NCBI GenBank assembly: GCA_002633005.1
Contig: NMRA01000070.1
Coordinates: 292,141-356,140, forward strand
Length of the DNA stretch: 64,000 nucleotides
Reading direction: 5' to 3'
Source of the DNA: Phoronis australis
Lineage: Eukaryota; Animalia; Phoronida
The notes beneath the pieces are model-generated. The model was not told where the DNA came from. It searched no databases and saw nothing but the letters and a program-made list of their open reading frames with translations. Position numbers and translations under genes: made by a program. Shown here piece by piece: positions 13,903 to 24,600 of the stretch (positions are counted from its first letter, which is position 1; each line of letters starts with the position of its first letter).

Positions 13903-14806
13903 ATCAAAATCCAGTGGTTTGACAATTGCAAAATTACTCAAATAAAATAAAGCAATTAAGATTACATGAAATTAACCCCCGAGAAAGAACAGAACATATT
14001 TGAGCTGAACTGAAAACTTACAGTGTATGAATTTTACAACGTAAAGTGTAAATTGAATTGGTTAGGAAAATGAAGCAACGCCGCTGCAAAGAGGAAAACT
14101 ATTAGAAAACTGGATTTCTTACAGTGCTGTTGTTGGTGAATGTATAGGATTGTATTCTGTCGGTCAACAAACAAAAGTAAGTGTTTTTATTCATAATAAC
14201 TTAAAAGAACTAGTGAATACCATTCAATCATTCCCCATGTTGTCCTTATAATTGCCACCGAACCTGACTTGCACCATTTTTTCGTTTTAGACGACCTAAA
14301 AACTTCAAAAGCAGAAAATTTACCGACTGATTTAAATAGACTAAAAAGTTCAGAATACATGCCATAGTTAGTAAAATTGATCATTTAATCCCAAACAGCT
14401 CTTAAAAAGTTCTTATTACTTCAATAGCGTTGTGCGTGATTGCGATAATGCAAGCACAGTTTTTGTGAGATCTTTGCAAAAGCATACCCTCCTTTCTGCG
14501 AATTTGACCACACTACAAAAAGATGCTCTAAACCGTGCGGCCAAAACATATCGATTTTTAAATCAATATCTTTTGGCCGATGTAATTATGATAATATCAA
14601 TCAGCTCAGTGCACATTGTCGAACTTTGTTTGGATCTTTTTGGGAGGCACTGGCTCTCCGAGGAAGTAGTTTCAAACAGGTACGTGCATATAAATTCCCG
14701 AACATTTTGCTTCAAATTACTGATCAGAACCTCGTGTCACGAAAGTTCAATTTTTAATTTTCGGAGTTATGTAGTATCTTTTTAGTGCCGGACTTGTACT
14801 AGCGAC

Positions 14807-15038
14807 GTACCTTGGGGGCCAACATAGCCCACGTCATGCAGTGCTGTTCCCCAACACCACATCACGATATTAACGGTTGAGTGATTTACGGCGAATCATT
14901 TTCAATACCAAACTCGTTCTTAGAATTTGGTAATGTTCAACCTACTTCATATTCATATCGTCGCTATATACTGTGTTCCAACCTAATATCATCAACCAAT
15001 CACAGAAATGAGGAAATAGTGTGCAAGTTCCACTTTAA
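14807..15038. mobile_element. End of a TTAA-flanked (Kolobok-like) DNA transposon; second copy at 33363-33604
   Basis: GTACCTTGGGGGC..TCAACCTACTTCATATTCA..TGCAAGTTCCACT|TTAA in both copies. Confidence 0.55.
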
Positions 15039-17018
15039 ATCACTAGTCTCTGGTGTCATAGACCCTCAGACTAGTTTCGAAATAACTAGTTTTACATTCT
15101 GTCTGATTTGTGAATCTTCGGCCTTCACAGGGCCTTTTCAAAATATTTTCATTTGTCGGATTATGGGCCTTTGGACTTGTGAAAGATAGAAGTATCTACG
15201 TATTGCACTGTGACACGCAAGCAACATTATATTACCTTGTTAATTTTAATTGTGGTTGTTGATTTTCGTCTTCCGTCTTCCTTCATCCATTTCGGTTATC
15301 CATGGCTCGCAACTTACCGTTGGGGGTATGGGTAGGGTGTAAATATACAAAGTGCATTAATAAAATTTATAAACAATCGACAAATCAAAGATTGTTTTCA
15401 ATTTTCCACTCGGAGACTAATTGAAAACTCCTTTCTTCCCTAACTCGGCACTCATCGATCACGGGAACCACTGCTGGTTGTGGCTTCTGCAGAGGAATTC
15501 AATTGACACCATTCAACATGCATTTTGTGACTTTGAACGTTGTGTTCATTCATGCTGTCTCTTTTATTAGATGTTAGGACACCTGTTAGTACGTTAGTGC
15601 AATTGTTAGTAGGGGTTAGAAAGAGCAACAAGAAAAGTAACAAATGTCATGGGCAAGCGAATGATAATAAAATTGATAGATGGATAGATCTATCCATTGA
15701 AATGCATGTGCGTCGTCGACCCATGTGTACAACCTGCAGTACAATTCAATACAGACAACATTTAAAATATATTACAACGAACTGGACACCACATTGTCAC
15801 GGGTAGTGAATTGTCATCCAGACTAAAATTTGATGAATAACGGAACTTACACACTTGCATCATCCGGCATGTATCGGATAAGACATCATCTCATTCTGCG
15901 CGCTCTCTCGGAAATTGCCACAATCTGACACAGCAGGCCGTTCAACTCAAAGGAAAATTTTCTATTGGTCATTCTATTACTCCTCGGAAGGGGTTGTAGC
16001 TCTTTCCCGTAAAATATGAGCACCTACAGACCGTTGTATATCAGTAATTTTTTAAAGTATATCTGAAATAATTATCAAGTTACAACTGCTGGAGAAGACA
16101 TTTACAAATTCAACCAAGCCATCGAAGTGCAACACCCAGATAACCACGTCGTTACACCATCCAAATCAATAAACCCGTCTTTTAGAAATTCTGAATACTG
16201 AAAGTGTGTTCTCAATGGAAGTCATATGTGATCCTGCAGTGAAGACTCTGGCGAATAGATCTTTGTGGAAACTGCATTTCAATGGGATACCTTTAAAAAC
16301 CGCATGTGGGCTACGACGAAGTCATGACACAGGTCATTCATCGGTATTGTTTCGTGGACCGGAGATTTGCCTTAAAGGCGGTGGTACCTCAAGCAATTGA
16401 CTGGCAGGCAGGTGTTTTTGTAGCAAATCCGTCAACTTCAAGAGCCATGTCTTTCGATTTAGAGAACTCGTATTGCTTTCCACTACCAGGTTCTACCCAG
16501 TGGCGTATTTAGGGGGGAGGGGCATCACGTGACCTATAGTTTGTCTAATAATACTGACCGGGACTTTCTGCTAACAGAAGGTTAGCAGAAAGTTTATAAA
16601 GTAACACTGGATTTCTAAAAATAGGATTCATTTTCTAAAATGGTTTTGAATTTCTAAAATACCTTTGAATAGGATTGAATTCATATAACAGGATTGAATT
16701 TATAGAGTTGCATTGAATTTTCAGTAGGATTGTTTTTTATTTCAACTAAGAGTGAATTGATTAAAGAGCATTGAGTTTACAAAATAAAAATTTGTATTTT
16801 TAAATAATATTTGCCTCTTCTGCTGCCCATATAAACAACTCCTTTCATGCCAAACTCATTTCCCAGACTGAATTTTGTGCTGCGTACCTGCCAACTATCC
16901 AGTTTTTGGCTATCGCAGAACGGTCGTGCTTTTTGAAGCTTTGTCCTGGTCTCGCCAACTGTACTTCAGTTTGACACACGCGATGACGAAATTTACATAT
17001 CATTATCGGTATATCAGC

Positions 17019-17466
17019 ATAGGCGGATTTAGGGGAGGCCCCCCCCCCCTTGGCTGCCGCAAAAAAAATAAAACAGCAAGAGCGTAGGGAAATGTTGAGT
17101 TTATTAATTAACCCCGGTAATTAAAATTATACGGGTGAAACAAGATTTCAGTGTGTGCAGTTTTAGTGTTTCGGTGCTATACGCATCTACAATCGTGGTT
17201 TGCGCAAATCACGGCTTACAGACGGACAAAATGTTGCCCCCCCCCNNNNNNNNNNNNNNNNNNNNNNNNNNNNNNNNNNNNNNNNNNNNNNNNNNNNNNN
17301 NNNNNNNNNNNNNNNNNNNNNNNNNNNNNNNNNNNNNNNNNNNNNNNNNNNNNNNNNNNNNNNNNNNNNNNNNNNNNNNNNNNNNNNNNNNNNNNNNNNN
17401 NNNNNNNNNNNNNNNNNNNNNNNNNNNNNNNNNNNNNNNNNNNNNNCCCCCCTAAATCTGTCAATC
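17019..17466. mobile_element. GC-tailed MITE spanning the first N-gap
   Basis: Starts CATAGGCGGATTTAGGGG and ends CCCCTAAATCTGTC (imperfect TIR); similar ends at about 1013-1228 and 16498. Confidence 0.45.
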
Positions 17467-18446
17467 TCTGAGTGTAATGCAGGCCTAGTCGGGACACCGA
17501 AATGTCGGATCGAAATTGCATCTCAGTAATCTTTGCACCGTTGGCTCACTTAGGCAAATCCCAGATGTCTCACTCCAACAAGTAAAAACCCTGACAAAGT
17601 GAGAATCGGTCACAACTGAAGACCATGGCATGTGTCACATCTCTGTTAGGCCTACTCAGTAGTGAGTGACGGTGGAATGTACTTCTCACCTGGTTGAGAA
17701 GTCATTTTTCACCACGGTGGAAAGTACCACGAAAGTAAAAAAACGTCATGTACCGGCCACCGTGGTGTGCACTCAGTGTTTTACTACGACGCGCGTGCAT
17801 ATATGTCGCCGGTGACTACGCCTCTCATTTCAGTTGGACGAACAACAAAGTTTTAAAGTAGACTGACTGATGAATTGAAAAACTCTGGGAGTGTCTGTCG
17901 AAGTCTTCAAACGATTTTGTTGGGAATTTTGTAAGAAAATGCATTCTTCCGCAGAGGTTTTTTCAGAAACGTATCCTTTCGTAGGGAGATTGGTTCTGAA
18001 AAGCCGCAACGGCAGTGAGTGAGCAGCACAGTCGTAGCCTACCTCTTGTATGGAAGAACCCCCGGGTTCCTTGATAAGAGCTGACTGTAAACTGCTGTGC
18101 GTGAACTTCGTGTATGTGTGAACTCGGAATACACGAGGAAACTTGACAAGTTTCGACTCAAATAATCACGTTAACGTTGATAAAAATTTGCACTGCATCA
18201 AATCAAATTACCTAACGTATCCTTTTGCAACTACTAGCGGATGTTATCAATTGATTTAACCATTCACATAATTCCCCCGATTTCTTGACACAAGTCACGT
18301 TTAAGGAGAAAATGGGTAATCATGAGGCCAATAATTACAAAGAGTCCTTACACTGAACAAAAATTTCACCTGTGATTGACCAAATGAATGTTCAATTCCT
18401 AGTTCGCGCATACATACACGATCTTGAGATTAAGCAGGATTCCAAG
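17452..18446. repeat. Right arm of the long inverted duplication, next to the NISCH promoter
   Basis: For example CCCGGGTTCCTTGATAAGAG..CGTGAACTTCGTGTATGTGTG at 18061 is the reverse complement of 2915-2975. Confidence 0.88.
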
Positions 18447-18480
18447 TTGAAGTACAACACCCTCTACCACGACGCGTAGC

Positions 18481-18593
18481 GGCCAATGTTATAAACTACA
18501 ATACTCAAACAAACATGGCGAAGAATCGAATTGTTGCAGTCGGTCTCGACATTTATTTTGACAAGTTAGTCATGACAAGATGAAGTAGGAGTT
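18481..18593 (+). promoter_or_regulatory. Putative NISCH proximal promoter / 5' leader with a short uORF
   Basis: CCAAT at 18483, ACTACAAT (ZNF143/SBS-like) at 18495, AACATGGCG (YY1-like) at 18512; uORF 18515-18583 ends 10 nt before the NISCH ATG. Confidence 0.45.
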
Positions 18594-18683
18594 ATGGCTT
18601 GCTTCAGAAAAGATGCAGACGATTTCAACTTTTCTAATTTTGTCACTGTTATTGGAGCAGAAGTGACAGACGAGAAGTATACG
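18594..18683 (+). CDS. NISCH: NISCH exon 1 (MACFRKDADDFNFSNFVTVIGAEVTDEKYT)
   Basis: Resembles the start of the PX domain (human ..VVGSELVDTYT); phase-0 donor GTTGGT joins exon 2. Confidence 0.8.
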
Positions 18684-21600
18684 GTTGGTATATGTCGTGA
18701 GATTGAGGCACCTGTGTCGTGACATCTTGAGTTGACTAGGCAATGACCATCGCATCTGTTGGCCCGTCTGGTTCGGGCCAACAGAGGCGATGGTCATTGC
18801 CTAGGAGTTATGCTGAGAAGTAGAGCGAACTAGAAGAGCACAATCCCTCTTGTCAGCCTCACTGTTGTCGTAATAGCCGAGATTGCCCGACCTCGGGAAT
18901 CGAACCAGCGACCCCGATTTAACCAATTTTAACCGGCGTGCTGACCATTCAGCTAATAAAGTAATAGGCAATTGCCCGTTAGCGAGTGGCTAACAGAGGC
19001 TCATATGTGATTCACCAGAAGCACTTTCACAATATCCCCCCTTTCCTATCAACAAGCGCGCCATCAGCCAGGTGTACCTTACAGTTACATGCCTGTACAT
19101 GCACCTTACATTATGCCTGTGCCCTACCAACAAGCGTGCTGTCTCAGGCCCCAGGGTTTACGAAGTGCTTCATCGGTATATCATCAGTTTGCCGACTACG
19201 CCAATTGTCGTAATAGCCGAGATTGCCCGACCTCGGGAATCGAACCAGCGACCCCGATTTAACCGGCGAGCGTGCTGACCATTCAGCTAATAGGCAATTG
19301 CCCGTTAGCGAGTGGCTAACAGAGGCTCATATGTGATGTAATGTTCCACATTTGGCACCACATGATGTTGGCACATGCATGTGTTCAGAGCACTGAACAG
19401 TTCAGTTAAGAGGATACCAAGCATGGTTTTGGCCTATTAACAGATTCTGAAACTGACTTTCTGAAACAAGATAAGACTCTGTAAGCCTTGGCAATGCTCA
19501 AAAGTTTGGAGGTAAATTTGAAAACTGTTCAAAAGTCTGCTTAAGCAGGCAAGCGTGACCTGCTAAGAACCACAATATGTAGTCTGATATAGGGAGTATG
19601 AGTCTTACTGATTCCAGATTTTATGTTTCTAGATTGATGCCAATGATGCATTTAGCAGATGACAGAACGAGGATTGGTTGAAATCATCAAGATAGGGTTC
19701 AGTATCAAGGGTAGTTAGAGTATTTCCCACCTAGGTTTTAGTCAGAGGAGTCTGATAACAGTTAACCATTTACTACAAATAGGATTTGAGGTCTGACTAT
19801 TGGATCGCAATTTATCACTTTTTATCTTTGGTAGTTATTTGGCATTAAATATTACTTAGGCTGTGTAACTAGCTATGAGCGTGTCTAAAATTTTGATAAC
19901 TGTTTGCATGTTATGATTACATCAGGCACAGTTTCATGGTTGCTGCTCGTAGGGATAACATTTTCTTGAGAAAAATTAAAAGATCAGATCATAGTGTTAG
20001 TAGTTTGAAGTTAGGACTGAATTGATAGCAAGATGATGAACTATACCTTGTCACTAGGTGGCGGTAGCGTAGTTGTTGGACAGCTTTTTGCATTCTTGCA
20101 TGGATTTAATTCAGTGCGATTTTTCCAGACTGTTTGTTACGGAATTCCTTTCTGCCTTCATGCTGTCAGTTGCCATTGTTCTGTGGTGAGATAGTTTAAG
20201 CAATTCATGCTAGAATGTCTGCCTCAAAATGTCCGTGAACAAAAGAAATATGTTTCTTCCCTGTCAACTCGTCTAGTGATGCACACCAGAGTTAGAAACT
20301 AGGTCAAGCAACAGGCGCTTTTGTGCTCTCACAACTGTGAAGAGTTGTATGTAACATGTTTCGTATTGGTCAAATGCCAGAGGTTGGAGTTTGTGGATCA
20401 CTTTTAATGCCACTGTGAATGGTGTTCTGGTGTCACAGACCACTTTCTTTACAAGCATGTTTGCTCTTCCAAGTCAAAGCCAATGTATCCTTATCCTTTG
20501 AAATTGGTTATTACTCAAAATTGAACTGGCATTCTCTATTCTACTTTTGTATGTCAACTCAAGTTTAAATTTCTACTACTGTATGCTTGAGTACATAGGG
20601 CTTAGGCGATTAACTCTATTAATCTTATTTTGCTGGTTACGACCTTGCTCAGTAAGGCTAAAATTTTGAGTCTGAACTCTAAAATTTGAGTTTTTACTTG
20701 GAATCTTAAGTTTTCATTTGAGGTTTTACTTCAACTCTCTAGGGGCCATCTAGTGGTACGAACTTAAACTAGAAACTCAAATACAAAACCATAGCGTACT
20801 CGAGTACTTTAAAATGGACACGTACGGTATCTTGAATTTGCATGCATGTTAGTAAACTGACCGATGATGGAATTTTTGGGTAAAATCAGGCAAGATCGGC
20901 GAAATTTATGCCAGATGTGGTTGTCTGTGTCCTATGTTCGTTCACCGCCGGAAGGACTTGAGTTACGGAACGATGTTACGCCTTCACTTAGGCATTTACG
21001 GGGGAAATCAGAGGAAAAATAGTGCTACAACCCTTCAGCAGGGGATCGTTGCACCTTTACGCTACATTTCAGCATAACGCTGTGTGGTAATGACGGCATT
21101 GGCTTCATAGTTCATAACTGATTTTGATTTTGTACTTTTGTTTGACTCGACAGAATTCATGTACGACAATCAAACCACTATCTAAACCATCTGATTGCCG
21201 CATACAACTTAGTAAATGATTAGAAGTTGTGTATGAGAGTTGAAGTGTGAATGTGCAGACAGTGCTTTAGAGGTATGTCTTTATGCTGTCTGATAAAAGT
21301 AACTTCAGTGTGTTTAAAATTTGTCAATTCGAACTTGTGTTAAAGTATTTGAAAACATTGCCCGTTTTCATCAGACTTTTGTGAAATTTTCAGATATACA
21401 CAATTCGTGTGACACTTGGAAAATACTTCTGGACAGTTCAGCACCGCTACAGAGAATTTCTGGAGCTACACGAAAAAGTAAGTTTTACCGACTGAGTAAG
21501 ATTTTAATCAGTTTTCAAACTGCACGTTATTGATTCTTCACAAACTTGTGTGACAGTTTTGAGTAAGTTTGGTGTGTGACTCAAAATAATTTCGGTTACG

Positions 21601-24600
21601 AGTTTTCAACCTATAGGCATCTTTAGATTTACTGCGTAGTGTATGGCAATAGTGGTCCTAGTCAGGTAGTCCCGTAGAAACCTTAACCCAGAGATGCCTC
21701 CATGCAGTTAAACAGGTCTTTGCTTTCATTCTATCAGATGTTAAGCAGAGGAGTCCTTATTCATTAGCGCCACCTAGTGAATGAAAAGTCTTCCATTTCT
21801 GGAGACAGTGGTGTTGTTACCTCCTTTAATCTTGCTGGTAATGGTACTGAATATTTCAAAGACAGTACAAATTACGAAATAAGTCACCAGCGTTATTCCC
21901 ATGTTGTTTATAATTCAGTCACTCATCCTTGAAATAATGTCCATTCAGTTTATTTTTACATTACATTCTGCTTTTTTGCGTAATGTTTTAGCAATTTCCT
22001 TGACTTTCTCACTTGTTTTCTGTTCCACAGCTCGTTTTGAGCCATGGCATCAAGAAAAGTTTACTCCCTGGAAAAAAGCTGTTTGGTAACCAGTCGGAGG
22101 CCTTCGTTAAGAAGCGACAGATTGAGTTGGAAGTCTATTTACAAACACTTGTTTTCATCCTGCAGAAACTTCCGCCCATCTTGGGTCACTTCCTGGACTT
22201 CAATAAATATGTAAGAATATTATATGTTCATATTATTGAATTTATGGTAAACTAGTGCTTACCATCTAGGTCAAGCCATCACAAACCCTATCCCACACCT
22301 AACCTGAATAGGGAACAAGTTGAGGAAAGTTTTGTATGTCACATTTCAAGTATCTAGTTTCAACTCCAGGTGACAGGTTACCTACCTCGGATATCAATCT
22401 TGTCTGTTGTTAAGCCTCCCTGCAGTCTTCTGTCTTGCATTACTACTTACACCATTGTTTACCACGATGAATATATTATGAAGAACACGTTTGTCCCGAC
22501 TTAACTATTGGTCTACAATTCAATTACATTTTTGCAGCTAGTTTTTGGTGTTTATACCTTTGGAGGAAAATAATTCTAACTAACCTTTCCCAGGGAATTC
22601 AATTTCAGAATCAAAAACTGCTAAGAAATCTCTAGTTTCAAAATACGATGTTGCATTTTATTTCAGCCAGTGTTATATAGATCTACAAAGTCAAGACAAA
22701 TGCAACATTTGTGCTATTCTGTGAGGAAAGAACTTAGATATGTGCTTGTGATTCAGAGATTTGATGATGTCAACAGTTATTGGAGCTATTGACAAAGACA
22801 GTCACTGTACAAGGTGTTGTGAAACGAATCGCGTTTCTAATGAAGTGGTTTTAATCAAAGTTCATTTTTCGATGTAATGATAGATTATAGTAGCCTAAAA
22901 TTTGGTGGTAAAATTGCTAATTATACTATGCCTACTGCAACTCATGTTGGTGATGCTATTGGCTATGGTTATGACACTATTAGCAGAGTATGCAGCGTGT
23001 ATAAGCTGATGGACATCTGTTTGTGATGTTGCTGGAGAAATGAGTGTGACATGATTTCAGTGTGTCTTGTCTACTGGAACTCTTATAATGATGATGATGC
23101 CTGTGGTACAGTTTTGTGTTCGCTCCGTCAATTTTTTATCAAAAGCAATTGGATGTAGAGCTTACACAAAAGACACAATGTAAAACCAAATTTATTACAA
23201 ACATGAACATTATATTTCTCCATGAATGATAGGACTAGTGTCAAAATTGTAATCGACTTCTCAATTCCAGGAGATTCATGGCATCACTGCCAGCCTGGCT
23301 GAGGAACTCTTCAATAAAGGAGAGTGGTTACTGCACACGGATGGACTATACCAGTTGACCCCTCTCCACTTACATGCCATCACAGAGAGGCTGAAGCTAG
23401 CTGAGCCCACCTGTGGTGAGAAATGAGACATACTTTAAGTCTCCAACAGGGGGTGCTGGTGTTGCATTTGTGACAGTTCTGCTGTGTGTTGTGCTGTGCA
23501 TGCTTTGAGAAACTAGTTTAGAATTGACGATTGATTTTTAATCACAACGTTCTTGGTTTTTACCTATTTCCCATTGATTTCCTGCTGCTGTCTTTCTTTT
23601 AATTTCATTCACTATGTCCAGTCTGACTGATGAAACTAGACAGTTTTATGACACTTTGTGTCTTCTTCATTTTGGAAGCGATTGCACTTGACATGTGTTT
23701 TCATCTCTGTTGCTAGTGTAATTGTATGAGATGTATTAAAAAGGTGAATATATATTTTCCAAGCTCAAATTTCAGCTGGCTAAAACAAGTACTGAAGTGC
23801 CCCACTACACTAAGATGTAGAAAGTTCAAATAAAATGTAAGGACAGGCAACAGTAGGTATAAAAAATTATGATTTGATATGACAAGTTTGATGTTAACTA
23901 CCGAGATATTTTCCTAACACCCAAATGTGGTAACCGGGGTACTGAGCTTGCTTTTATGGTTACTATCAGGAAAATTTCAGAGGGCCTTCCCTTAGGTAAT
24001 CAAACTATGCCACCCACCAAAAAGCCATATGGTCTCAGTTAATGTGCACAAGAAATTTGTTGCTGCAACAACTGCCCAGGCATCCTCTACACTCCTTTGT
24101 CATAGTAGACTAAACGAATACATTGGAAAAATCTGTTAAAGTCCTCTAGTGTCTGCAATAGTTTTGCATCATTTTTTTGTCCCGAATGCGATGCAAATGT
24201 CATAAATGTATTCATTTAAATTTTGTGATATTTCACATGAAAGTTGTGACCATTTTTCACTTATTTCACTCAAAAATAATGACCAATTTTGTATTCATTT
24301 CAAACGAGACTTATGTAGTTTTGAACGGTTTATTTTTCTATTTTCAAAATCAATTTTGTTAATAGACTTGAACTTCTCTATCTGTACTTTTGTCGAGAAA
24401 TTTGACAAATTAAATTTACTCTTTTCCATCATACTGTGTGGTGTGTAGTTGGAGAACTACCACAATAAAGTTTTGTGACCTGTCGATTGATAGTGGAAGC
24501 ACACCACTTCAGAGGGGCTGATTAGGTTTCAAATCAGGATAGATAAGGGCTGTTGACCAGATATATCATCAGATACTTCTCATTGGGAAGTGAGATGATT

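Larger units (their letters stand above)
5230..15915. repeat. Array of four diverged tandem units (starts about 5230, 8370, 11005, 15048), each interrupted by different TEs
   Basis: Shared anchors recur in each unit, e.g. TCATAGACC..AGTTTCGAA, GGTTATCCGTGG, GTTAGTATGTTAGTGCAA, CATGTGCGTCATC; TTTTCCAAAT.AAACA occurs in units 1-3. Confidence 0.85.

Noticed and set aside
17135-17529. ORF-track entries containing long X runs (also 35161-35513)
   Set aside because: They only read through N-gaps.
2583-18446. Polinton/Maverick (size and long inverted ends fit)
   Set aside because: No pPolB, integrase, ATPase or capsid ORFs, no (AG)n-type termini and no 6-bp TSD seen.
19225-19295. Functional tRNA gene on the minus strand
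   Set aside because: A/B boxes are present but acceptor and anticodon stems pair poorly, and the sequence is part of both LTRs of a TRIM.
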